Source: Rickettsiales bacterium
Lineage (GTDB): Bacteria > Pseudomonadota > Alphaproteobacteria > Rs-D84
Length of the DNA stretch: 32,000 bases
Assembly: GCA_031288835.1 (NCBI GenBank)
Contig: JAITQO010000006.1
Coordinates: 132,340 to 164,339, forward strand
Direction: 5' to 3'
This document shows, in pieces, positions 23,715-32,000 of the stretch. How positions within the stretch are numbered: the stretch's first letter is position 1; the number at the start of each line of letters is the position of its first letter. The position numbers and the translations under genes are program-made. Below the pieces are notes generated by a model that was given only the letters and a program-made list of their open reading frames with translations, was not told the origin of the DNA and did not search any database.

Positions 23715-26125
23715 CAGACCCGACAAAGATGATTGAAACGCTTTCATCCTTGCTTTTAAAGGATAGGAGCGATTTGTCCCGTGCGCTGGTTTTCGTTCCG
23801 ACGCGCAGGGCGGGGCGGAAGTTGGAAGAGGTTTTGGCGGAAAAACTGGGCGGCGCGGCAATGATGCCGAAAATAGTCGGCTTGGGCGAGGGCGATGGGG
23901 AAGACGAGCATGACGCCGTAAGCAATACGGAGCGGAAAATCGTTTTGGCGAAACTGCTTTTATCCGTTGCCGCCGCCGTCGGGGTCAAAAGCGGTTTTTC
24001 CGGCGCCCTGTCGGTAGCCGGGGAACTGGCGGCTTTGTCTGATTATTTGGAAAACGAAGGCGTTGACGCGCGGGCAATCGATTGGCCGGGTTTGATTTCC
24101 GACGCGCGAAAGGCGGCGCTTATGAACGTGCTTGCAACCTTGGATTTTGGACGCCCAACCGCGCCGGAGGCGCGAAACCGCGGCATAAGGAATTGGCAGA
24201 AGCATCTTGGCGAATATGAAAGGGTTTTTTGCATGGGTTCGACCGCTTCTGTAAGACCCACGCGCGATTTGATGCAAAAAATATCGGAAATGCCGAACGG
24301 ATACGTCATTTTGCCGGGTCTTTTGCAGGATTTCGCCGACATAGGGCGCGCCGACCCGTATTGGTCGATAAAGCAATTCCTGGCGGGCCGCCGTCCCGAG
24401 ACAATCGATGTCGGCGGCGGAAAAATCCAGTTTTTCAATAGTTGCTTCGACAACGATTTGTCCGGGAAAAAATTGGAAACGCCGGGACATGTAACGCGCG
24501 TCGACTGCAATACGGAGTCGGAAGAAGCGAATGTTGTCGCGGCGGTTTCCGCAATGGCGAGGAATGCCGGCGGAAAAGTTCTGGTCATAACGCCTGACAG
24601 CGCGGGCGAGCAAAGAATCAGAAGCGCGATGGATGGCTATGCTTTGTCTGTCGATTCATCTGGCGGAACGCCCCTTGCCCGGACGGAAATCGGACGTCTG
24701 GCGACGCTGGCTTTCGATTATGTTCTCGGCGCGGAAAAAAAGCCGTCCATTGACGCCGATATTGCGAAGATTGCCGAAACCAAGAGATTGGGCGAATTGA
24801 AGTATGGCGGCTGTTTGCTTGATTTTATTTCCGACTCGCTCGAGAAGCTGGATTATAAAACGGCGGACAGGGACAAGGCCGCCTTGTTTTTCGACAAAGT
24901 GTCCGGCTTGTCGGAAATCGTAAAAAAATACGATTTGGACGCGGAAAGCGCGGCGGAACTGCTGAAAGACATGCTGCAATCGGAGTCCGTTCGCGCGCCT
25001 ATGGCGGCGGACTATGATGTGGCGGTTCTCGGGACGGCAGAATCCAGAATGCAAACGGCGGACGTGGTGATACTTACGGGGCTGAACGAGGGAATGTTCC
25101 CGGGAGACGGATTCCGGCATTCGTGGCTGCCCAGAAACATCGCGAAGAAAATCGGGTTGCCGTCGTCCGATTCCAAAGTGTCGCTGATGGCGCTGGATTT
25201 CATGACTCTGTCCTGCGGCAAGAAAGTCTATTGGACGCGGAGCAAAATGGCGGGCGGGACCGAAACAACGCCATCCCGCTTTCTTTCGCGCGTTTCTGTC
25301 CGGTGCGACGTCCGCCAGGGTTCCGATATTTTGGCGGCGGTTCGCTCGCTCGATGACATTCCGTCCGCGCCTGTTGACGCGGCGCCGCCGATTGTAAAAT
25401 ACTCCGGGGATTATTACGCCACCTGGCTGGAAGACTTAATCCATAATCCGTACCGGTTTTACGCCAGGCATGTCTTGCGTTTGCGAAAGAACCCGGACAT
25501 AGGGGACGAGGCCGGCGCGCGAGAGTTCGGAACCATGGTTCACGACGTTCTGAAAAGCGCCGCGGAAAGCGGAATAAAATCAGAGCAGGAAATTGCGAGG
25601 ATGCTGTGCGGCGAGGCGCTGAAGTATATCGGCAAAGAAAATGTATTGTTCAGGTTCTGGCAAAGCCGGTTTGGTGAAATCGCGCGCGCGGTTTCGGAAT
25701 TATTGAATAACGGCGCGTCCGCGACGGCGGAGGAAAAAATAGAAACGACATATCTGGGACGGCGTATGCTCGCCATTGCGGACAGGATTGAAAACGGCAG
25801 CCGGGTGATTGACTATAAAACCGGCGGGGTTCCGAGCGACAGCCAGCTTGGTCTTGGCAAGGATGAGAATTGCACAATGCCGCAGCTGCCGCTTGAGGCG
25901 AAGATTTTGCGGGACAACGGCGCGCCCGATGTGAGAATGGCGTTTTTGTCGCTTCGGAAGAATCACGCCGGATTGGCCGAATACACTGCGGAACAAACCG
26001 CGAAGGCTATTTCGGCGGTCGAAAAAAAACTGAAAGTCATATTGAATATTGAGAAATACGAGAGGCCGGAATACGTGGAGGAAAAATACTCCGATTTTGA
26101 CGATTTATGCAGGGCTGGGGATTGA
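23699..26125 (+). CDS. addB: AddB-like double-strand-break repair protein with a PD-(D/E)xK nuclease C-terminus
   Basis: The N-terminus LVFVPTRRAGRKLEE is typical of alphaproteobacterial AddB. The C-terminal nuclease motifs are GTMVHDVL, ADRIE and VIDYKTG. The track start at 23576 overlaps engB by 139 nt, so the ATG at 23699 or 23729 is preferred. No addA follows. Confidence 0.65.
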   Translation: MLYQITDPTKMIETLSSLLLKDRSDLSRALVFVPTRRAGRKLEEVLAEKLGGAAMMPKIVGLGEGDGEDEHDAVSNTERKIVLAKLLLSVAAAVGVKSGFSGALSVAGELAALSDYLENEGVDARAIDWPGLISDARKAALMNVLATLDFGRPTAPEARNRGIRNWQKHLGEYERVFCMGSTASVRPTRDLMQKISEMPNGYVILPGLLQDFADIGRADPYWSIKQFLAGRRPETIDVGGGKIQFFNSCFDNDLSGKKLETPGHVTRVDCNTESEEANVVAAVSAMARNAGGKVLVITPDSAGEQRIRSAMDGYALSVDSSGGTPLARTEIGRLATLAFDYVLGAEKKPSIDADIAKIAETKRLGELKYGGCLLDFISDSLEKLDYKTADRDKAALFFDKVSGLSEIVKKYDLDAESAAELLKDMLQSESVRAPMAADYDVAVLGTAESRMQTADVVILTGLNEGMFPGDGFRHSWLPRNIAKKIGLPSSDSKVSLMALDFMTLSCGKKVYWTRSKMAGGTETTPSRFLSRVSVRCDVRQGSDILAAVRSLDDIPSAPVDAAPPIVKYSGDYYATWLEDLIHNPYRFYARHVLRLRKNPDIGDEAGAREFGTMVHDVLKSAAESGIKSEQEIARMLCGEALKYIGKENVLFRFWQSRFGEIARAVSELLNNGASATAEEKIETTYLGRRMLAIADRIENGSRVIDYKTGGVPSDSQLGLGKDENCTMPQLPLEAKILRDNGAPDVRMAFLSLRKNHAGLAEYTAEQTAKAISAVEKKLKVILNIEKYERPEYVEEKYSDFDDLCRAGD

Positions 26126-26143
26126 GCAAATACGGAGCGAGCG

Positions 26144-26673
26144 GTGCCAGTCGATGCGCATAGGCAGGTATTTGAAAAGACGGCGGGCGAATTGGCCCCT
26201 CGCAATATCCTTGACGCCGGTAGCGGCCGCACCAGCCTTGCGCTGTTATGCGAGATGTTTCCGCGGGCAAAAATAGATGCTGTGATATTCCCCGGCGACG
26301 AGCGCAAAAGAAAATCCGTCGCCAGTGTGCGCTGACCCGCGATTTCAGTCTTGTCGAAACAGATATTGCGAAGATATATGATTTGGTGGTGGCACACCTG
26401 TTGCTTGGCGAAGACAAAAGATGGGGCGACGATGTTCCGGCTTTATTAAAGAAACTTTTTCCCGCGACGGGGAAGCATACGATGATTTCCGATTTCCCGC
26501 AAGACCCGGAAATAGATTTCGCGCTGATTGAAAATCTTGCCGCGGACAACGGATTTAAAGTATCCAGGATGACAATTGTGCCGTGCGTTCCGCCTTTTAT
26601 TATGAATTCCGGCGCGGATAGTGTCCGATTTCAAGGAGATTTTTACAAATCTGTGTTGCTGGAAAAGATATAG
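26144..26673 (+). pseudogene. Small SAM-dependent methyltransferase split by a -1 frameshift
   Basis: ORF A (26144-26335) carries motif I, ILDAGSGRTS, then AVIFPGDE. ORF B, one frame back and open from 26248, continues with VETDIAKIYDLVVAHLLLGE, a post-I/II/III-like pattern. The frames overlap across the A-rich tract GCAAAAGAAAATCC at about 26303-26316. Confidence 0.5.
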
Positions 26674-26861
26674 GCTCAGGACATCCGAAAAGATACACAT
26701 TCGATTCTCGGGTGCATTATATTAATTTAATAAGTATTTGAAAGTTTCTTCGCATATTGCAGATGATAGATGTTGATTTCCGCGTAATCCCCGCCTTCGG
26801 ATGTTTTGGTGATTTCATTTGTTGCCATGGTTTTTTCTTTTGGCTATCATAGCGTATCGAA

Positions 26862-27353
26862 ATGAAAAGCGAAAGGCGCGTTATCGGAATCGACCCGGGG
26901 CTGGTTCACACAGGGTGGGCTGTTATAGATTCCGTCGGGAGCGGGCGGCATTATGTCGCGTCCGGCGTAATTCTGCCGTCGACAAAAGGAGTGCTGCCGG
27001 CTCGGTTGTCGTTCATTTTCAACGAACTCGGCGCGTTGCTGGATTTGTGGAAACCGGACGAATGCGGGATTGAAATCACGTTCGTGAATCAGAATCCGAC
27101 GACGACACTGCTACTTGGGCATGCGAGAGCGGCGGCAATTCTGGCAATCGCTACGCGCGGTATCCCGATTTACGAATATGAGCCCAACAAAATCAAAAAG
27201 GCGATAACCGGCGCCGGGCACGCCGACAAATCGCAAATCGATGCGATGGTTCGGCTGCTGCTTCCGTCCGCAAAACCAAAAACGCCGGACGAGGCGGATG
27301 CCATCGCCATCGCCTTGGCGCATTCCAATTACAGCAGAATAGAGAATAGATAA
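26862..27353 (+). CDS. ruvC: Holliday-junction resolvase RuvC
   Basis: VIGIDPGLVHTGWAVID, EIVFVNQNP-like ITFVNQNP, and DEADAIAIALAH are the RuvC catalytic acidic motifs. Confidence 0.9.
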   Translation: MKSERRVIGIDPGLVHTGWAVIDSVGSGRHYVASGVILPSTKGVLPARLSFIFNELGALLDLWKPDECGIEITFVNQNPTTTLLLGHARAAAILAIATRGIPIYEYEPNKIKKAITGAGHADKSQIDAMVRLLLPSAKPKTPDEADAIAIALAHSNYSRIENR

Positions 27354-27492
27354 CAACAAATGGCGAACGGACGGGGATGTTTTGCACCTTTCGTTTTCTA
27401 TTTTTCGTTGCTTTTACAGGACGTCTGCTTTCGAATGCTGCGCTGTGGAATGAAATGTTCGCGCGACGGCGCCCGTTCCGCGTCTTGGCGGT

Positions 27493-28209
27493 TTATGCGG
27501 CGGCGGTGAACACCTTTTGCACGTCGTCGTTCGCGTCCAATGCATCCACCAGTTTTTCCAATTGGGCGGACTTCTCGTCGTCCAATTCCATCGGATTGTT
27601 CGGGAGCCATTCAAGAGACGCCTCTTCCGGCTCGCCCAATTTTTCGGCCAATGCCTTTTGAACGTTCGCGAATGTTTCGGGTTTGGTATAAACGATATAT
27701 CCTTCGTCCGCGGCTTCCAAATCGTCCGCGTCGGCGTTCATAATGATTTCCGTCATTTCATCCGCATTCTTCGCTGAGGACAATGGGTAGTAAATCGCGC
27801 CCTTCTGGGCGAACATAAAGACTACCGAGCCCATTTCGCCGAGATTTCCACCGCCCTTGGCGAACAGGTTTTTGATTTCCGGCGCTGTGCGGCGGGGATT
27901 GTCGGTCATCGCCTCAACAATCATCGGCACCGCGCCGGGCCCGTATCCCTCGTAGCGGGCGGTTTCGTAACTCTCGCTGTTCGCGCCCTGCGATTTGTCA
28001 ATCGCGCGCTTTATGTTGTCGTTCGGCATGGACGCCTTTCTTGCGTTCAGAATCGCGAGGCGCAGCCGCGAGTTGTTGTCCGGATTCGGGTCCCCGAGTT
28101 TCGCAGCCATTGTGATTTCGCGCGCCAGTTTCGTAAACTGCGAAGACCGTGCCGCGTCCGCGAGACCTTTTTTGTGTTTGATAGTGCTCCATTTGGAATG
28201 CCCGGACAT
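27493..28209 (-). CDS. yebC: YebC/PmpR-family DNA-binding regulator
   Basis: MSGHSKWSTIKHKKG...AREITMAAKLGDPNPDNNSRLRLAI is nearly invariant in this family. Confidence 0.9.
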   Translation of the reverse strand: MSGHSKWSTIKHKKGLADAARSSQFTKLAREITMAAKLGDPNPDNNSRLRLAILNARKASMPNDNIKRAIDKSQGANSESYETARYEGYGPGAVPMIVEAMTDNPRRTAPEIKNLFAKGGGNLGEMGSVVFMFAQKGAIYYPLSSAKNADEMTEIIMNADADDLEAADEGYIVYTKPETFANVQKALAEKLGEPEEASLEWLPNNPMELDDEKSAQLEKLVDALDANDDVQKVFTAAA

Positions 28210-28256
28210 TTGATTTGCTCCGCATTTTGTTTTAATATAAGAAAAAAGGATAGCAA

Positions 28257-28838
28257 ATGTTTGGAAAATTGCAAGGGGCTGTCGAGTATGTCGGGGTCGG
28301 TTTCGTGATTTTGCTCGTGAGCGGGGTCGGTTTCAAAGTGCTTCTGCCCGAGAATATCTTGGCGCGGCAGAAGGTTGGAAAAAACGCGGCGTTTTGGATT
28401 GAAACCATTGTGCGTCAAGATGCAATCCAATTGATTGGATTCGATGCCCAGGACGAGCAGGATATGTTCCAGAAGCTGGTCGGGGTTTCCGGAATCGGAA
28501 CGAAATTGGCCCTGGCGGTAATCGGCGCGTTCAGGCAGGGCGTTCTGCGGACGGCCATAGCGAGCGGCGACGCGAAAACGCTATCATCCGTTCCCGGCGT
28601 CGGGAAAAAGGTTGCCGAGCGCATCATTGTCGAACTGAGGGGCAAAGTTGACGGCGCCTTGGCGTCGTCCGAATCGGACGGCGACGTTTACGGAGATGTT
28701 CTGTCCGCGCTGGAATCGCTCGGATACCGTCGCGCGGATTCCGTCGAACTGGTGCAGAAACTGATTAAAGAAAATCCGAACGAAAACGTCCAGTCCTTGC
28801 TTACAAAGGCGTTGAAAGAATATGCAGTCGGCAAATAA
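28257..28838 (+). CDS. ruvA: Holliday-junction DNA helicase subunit RuvA
   Basis: The OB-fold N-terminus is MFGKLQGAVEYVG...GVGFKV. HhH motifs are LVGVSGIGTKLALAVI and LSSVPGVGKKVAERI. A domain III lies at the C-terminus. Confidence 0.85.
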   Translation: MFGKLQGAVEYVGVGFVILLVSGVGFKVLLPENILARQKVGKNAAFWIETIVRQDAIQLIGFDAQDEQDMFQKLVGVSGIGTKLALAVIGAFRQGVLRTAIASGDAKTLSSVPGVGKKVAERIIVELRGKVDGALASSESDGDVYGDVLSALESLGYRRADSVELVQKLIKENPNENVQSLLTKALKEYAVGK

Positions 28839-30096
28839 CACGATTTTCGCGCTTTCTTCGGGGCAGGGGAAATCCGGCGTGGCCGTTATCAGGGTATCGG
28901 GCGCGGATTTGGATTTTTTGCCGGTTCCGCAACGGCCGCGGTTCGCGAAATTGATTGATTTTTACGGCATAGACAGCCTGATTGCCATTTATTTCAAGGC
29001 GCCGGAGTCGTTCACCGGCGAAGACGTCGTCGAGCTGCATTGCCATGGCGGGCAGGCGGTAATACGGGCGATTTTTGACAAACTGCGGACATTCGGGTTT
29101 CGCATGGCCGAACGGGGCGAGTTTTCGCGCCGCGCGTTTGACAACGGCAAGATGGATTTGGTCGAAGTCGACGGAATGCGCGCCCTGATTGACGCCAGGA
29201 CGGAATCTCAGCGCCGTCGCGCGCTTTTGGGAATCGTCGGCGCGGATAGCGGCGTCTATGTGCGCTGGCGCGAACAGATGATTGAATTGGCTGCGTTGTC
29301 CGCGGCAAGAATGGATTATGATGCCGGCGATTTGCCGAAAAACATAGGCGAGCGGATTCTGAAAAAAACAACGGCGCTGTTATCCGAGGTCAAATCGGCG
29401 CTGCAGTCTAAGGCGCGGCTTGTTGAATCCGGATTCAATGTCGTTCTGGCCGGGGAGACGAACGTCGGAAAGTCGTCTTTGTTCAACCGGCTTTTGGGCG
29501 AAGGCAGGGCGATTGTGTCCGATATCGCGGGAACCACGCGCGACGTGATTTCTGCGGAACTGGATATCGACGGATACCTTGTGCGGTTGCTTGACACCGC
29601 CGGGCTTCGCGAATCGAACGACGAGATTGAAAAAATCGGAATTGAAAAAACAAAAGAGCAGGTTGAGAACGCCGACCTGGTTGTCAGGGTATTTGATTGG
29701 CAAAATCCGGGAACCAAAATCGGGAATCAAAATCCCGAAAATGAAATAATTGTCGTAAACAAGTCCGACATGGTTGCGAATCAGGAATCGCAAATCGCAG
29801 GCCGTGTTTACGTGTCGGCGAAAACTGGCCGCGGGATTGGCGGACTGCTGGATGAAATAAGAAAAAAACTGCACGCGCAGCTGGACGGAGCGGAAAACGA
29901 TTTGGCGGTGGGCGAACGCGCCCGCGCGCATCTTGAAAATGCGGTTGCCGAACTTGAAAAATCTATAGATAAGGAGCCGGATTTGCAATCGGAGCACATA
30001 GCGCGCGCCGCGGACGAATTGGGCCTAATCCTTGGAGTCATAGGAACAGACGAAATTTACGATTCCGTGTTCGGCCAGCTTTGCTTGGGGAAATAA
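28822..30096 (+). CDS. mnmE: tRNA modification GTPase MnmE (TrmE)
   Basis: TIFALSSGQGKSGVAVIRVSG, the G-domain motifs GETNVGKSSL and DTAGLR, NKSD, and the C-terminal CLGK motif all fit MnmE. It overlaps the ruvA end by 17 nt. Confidence 0.9.
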   Translation: MQSANNTIFALSSGQGKSGVAVIRVSGADLDFLPVPQRPRFAKLIDFYGIDSLIAIYFKAPESFTGEDVVELHCHGGQAVIRAIFDKLRTFGFRMAERGEFSRRAFDNGKMDLVEVDGMRALIDARTESQRRRALLGIVGADSGVYVRWREQMIELAALSAARMDYDAGDLPKNIGERILKKTTALLSEVKSALQSKARLVESGFNVVLAGETNVGKSSLFNRLLGEGRAIVSDIAGTTRDVISAELDIDGYLVRLLDTAGLRESNDEIEKIGIEKTKEQVENADLVVRVFDWQNPGTKIGNQNPENEIIVVNKSDMVANQESQIAGRVYVSAKTGRGIGGLLDEIRKKLHAQLDGAENDLAVGERARAHLENAVAELEKSIDKEPDLQSEHIARAADELGLILGVIGTDEIYDSVFGQLCLGK

Positions 30097-30220
30097 AATG
30101 TAATATGTAACAAGTGATATGCGAAGTGTGATACGAATGAAGGTATGCGATTTTCAATGCGGCGCCGGCAGACAAAAGACATATCACATTTAATTTGTCA
30201 CTTGCTACATTTCGCAAAAG

Positions 30221-32000
30221 ATGAAAAAAGATTTGTTTGATTTTTTAACGACCGATTTGCAGTTCATAAAGGGCGTCGGCCCTGTGCTGGCCGGCCGGCT
30301 GGAAGAATTGCTGGGCGGCCGGCGTGTGATTGACTTTCTTTTGCACATTCCGCGCGCGGTCAAAAACCGCCCGCCGATTGAAAGCATTCTGGACGCCAGG
30401 GTCGGCGAAGTGATTACAATCCCGCTGGAAATTCGGACTGTGAAAAAAACATCGGTTTCAAAGTTTTCGAAAAGGCGCCCGCCGACGCAGGTTTTCGGAT
30501 ACGACAAGACGGGCGGACAGGTGATTCTGCAATTTTTCGGGACTTCGTTTCTGGATTATTGGCTGGAGAAACTGCCGGTTGGCTCGGTTCGCATGGTATC
30601 CGGGAAACTGGATGCGTCGGGCGAGCGGTTTGTGATAAACCACCCGGATTTTATAGAGCCGATTGAAGCGGCGGACAAAATCCCGGCGTTCCAGGCGATT
30701 TATCCACTGTCCGCTGGGTTGACCCAGCGCGTTATGGCGAATGTCCGGGACGGCATTTTTGCAAAAATGCCGGACGGCGGCGGGCAGATATTCGGTTTGC
30801 TGAAAAAGGCGCATTATCCGGAAAATACCGAGGACCTGCTGCCGACGAACGAAACCATCCAGCGGCTGGCGTATATGGAGTTGCTGGCGGGGCAGGCCGC
30901 CATTGCGATTACGCGCAAGCAAAGAGACAAGAAGCAAGAGACAAGGGACAAGAAGGACAAAGTTTCCGATTATTGCGGCAAGATGGAATCGTCGCTGCAA
31001 TTCGCGCTGACCAGGGCGCAAAAACGCGCGCTGAGTGAAATACGGAACGATATGCTGTCTCCGTCGCCGATGATGCGGCTGGTTCAGGGTGATGTGGGCA
31101 GCGGAAAAACAATCGTCGCGCTGCTTGCCATGCTCTATTCCTTGGATTTCGGCGGGCAGAGCGTTTTGCTGGCGCCGACGGACGCCCTGGCGAAGCAGCA
31201 TTTTGATAAAATCGGGCCGATGTGCGAAAAACTCGGCATAATTTGCGAAATCCTGACCGGACGGGACAAGGGGGCGGCCCGGCATGAAAAACTAGTATCG
31301 CTGAAGTCCGGCCGCGCGAGAATCGCAATCGGGACGCACGCGCTGTTTTCCGACGACGTCGAATACAAGAACCTGACCCTTGCGGTTATTGACGAACAGC
31401 ACAGGTTCGGGGTCGCGCAGCGGACGGCGATGTCCGCGAAGGGCCGGTTCGTCGATGTTCTGGCGCTGTCGGCGACGCCGATTCCAAGAACTCTTTCAAT
31501 GACGATTTACGGCGATATGGACGTGTCGGTTATAAACGAAAAGCCGGCCGGCCGCCTTCCTATTGTCACAACGAAACTTCCCGCGAACCGCCTGGGCGCG
31601 CTGGTGGAGCGAATCAAGGCGCAGATGCCTACAAAGGTGTTCTGGGTCTGCCCGCTGGTCGAGGAATCCGAGACGTCAGACATGATGAACGCGCAGAAGA
31701 GGTTTGACGAACTTGGACGATATTTCAGGGCGGGGCTTGTCCACGGGCAGATGGAAAAGAAGGAACGCGACAGGGTTATGGAAGAATTCGCGCATGGAGA
31801 CCTGGAGGTTCTGGTCGCCACATCCGTGATAGAGGTCGGAATCGACGTCCCTGACGCGACGATTATGGTGATTGAAAATGCCGAGCGGTTCGGATTGTCC
31901 GCATTGCACCAAATACGGGGTCGCGTCGGACGCTCCGATAGGCAATCGTATTGCATTTTGCTGCATGGCTTCGGATTGTCCGAAAACGGCGAAAAGCGTT
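30221..32000 (+). CDS. recG: ATP-dependent DNA helicase RecG; C-terminus beyond the window edge
   Basis: Absent from the ORF track because it has no stop inside the window. The frame from ATG 30221 appears open to the window end (hand translation). It contains FALTRAQKRALSEIRNDM, PMMRLVQGDVGSGKT (Walker A), DEQHRFGV, SATPIPRTL, VATSVIEVGIDVP and LHQIRGRVGR. Confidence 0.9.
   Translation, partial: MKKDLFDFLTTDLQFIKGVGPVLAGRLEELLGGRRVIDFLLHIPRAVKNRPPIESILDARVGEVITIPLEIRTVKKTSVSKFSKRRPPTQVFGYDKTGGQVILQFFGTSFLDYWLEKLPVGSVRMVSGKLDASGERFVINHPDFIEPIEAADKIPAFQAIYPLSAGLTQRVMANVRDGIFAKMPDGGGQIFGLLKKAHYPENTEDLLPTNETIQRLAYMELLAGQAAIAITRKQRDKKQETRDKKDKVSDYCGKMESSLQFALTRAQKRALSEIRNDMLSPSPMMRLVQGDVGSGKTIVALLAMLYSLDFGGQSVLLAPTDALAKQHFDKIGPMCEKLGIICEILTGRDKGAARHEKLVSLKSGRARIAIGTHALFSDDVEYKNLTLAVIDEQHRFGVAQRTAMSAKGRFVDVLALSATPIPRTLSMTIYGDMDVSVINEKPAGRLPIVTTKLPANRLGALVERIKAQMPTKVFWVCPLVEESETSDMMNAQKRFDELGRYFRAGLVHGQMEKKERDRVMEEFAHGDLEVLVATSVIEVGIDVPDATIMVIENAERFGLSALHQIRGRVGRSDRQSYCILLHGFGLSENGEKR
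30917..30962 (+). repeat. GACAAG-rich segment inside recG related to the left arm of the 6201-6310 palindrome
   Basis: CAAAGAGACAAGAAGCAAGAGACAAGGGAC (30920-30949) matches AAAAGGGACAAGGAACAAGGGACAAGGGAT (6202-6231) at 24 of 30 nt. Both are read in the same codon phase, giving QRDKKQETRD against KRDKEQGTRD. Confidence 0.5.

Noticed and set aside
26727-26828. A 33-codon minus-strand ORF (MATNEITKTSEGGDYAEINIYHLQYAKKLSNTY) upstream of ruvC.
   Set aside because: It has no Shine-Dalgarno and no recognisable features, and it overlaps the putative ruvC promoter. The support is insufficient.
30458-31966. Minus-strand ORFs of 275, 139, 149 and 96 aa overlapping the right end of the window.
   Set aside because: They are Arg-rich shadow frames antisense to recG, whose plus-strand frame carries all the helicase motifs.

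Overview
This is a chromosomal, mostly housekeeping window from a Gram-negative bacterium. Gene content and local synteny look alphaproteobacterial, possibly Rickettsiales- or Holosporales-like; that lineage call is inference only. Coding GC is about 50%, with a few sharply AT-rich intergenic islands.

Gene order, left to right:
- mrdA (partial), mreD and mreC on the minus strand
- rpmJ, a 44-aa gene missing from the ORF track
- an AT-rich regulatory island, then virB3-virB4 with no other T4SS genes
- a DUF922-like HExxH protein and an APH-family kinase
- tRNA-fMet with a consensus promoter
- an odd 600-bp tract
- a DUF374 acyltransferase, an lpxK-like gene and lpxC
- a lipoprotein, then tsaE
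- a minus-strand operon: lipoprotein, GT-like gene, ftsQ and an ftsA::rpe fusion
- a small protein plus a secretin-like lipoprotein
- an HD hydrolase, then lolC and lolD
- lpoA-like, divergent from rsmI-engB-addB-like and a frameshifted methyltransferase
- ruvC, yebC, ruvA, mnmE and recG (partial)

The ORF track omits three real genes. mrdA (1-1630, minus) and recG (30221-32000, plus) run off the window edges, and rpmJ is too short. Many long Arg-rich ORFs in the track are antisense or off-frame shadows of real genes.

I found no CRISPR array, rRNA, transposase or recognisable defence island.

Most notable observations:
1. A complete FtsA actin fold is fused in frame to a ribulose-phosphate 3-epimerase barrel, and no ftsZ follows.
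2. The LpxK homologue has lost its P-loop lysine and other catalytic motifs, while neighbouring lpxC looks intact.
3. A 110-bp palindromic element sits exactly at the virB4 stop. Its two arms could encode the charged and hydrophobic halves of a signal peptide. An 80%-identical, same-frame half copy lies inside recG.
4. An array of TGTTAAAA/TTTTAACA motifs covers the virB3 promoter.
5. An orphan lipoprotein has secretin-like architecture.

All functional calls come from motif recognition by eye. No database search was run.
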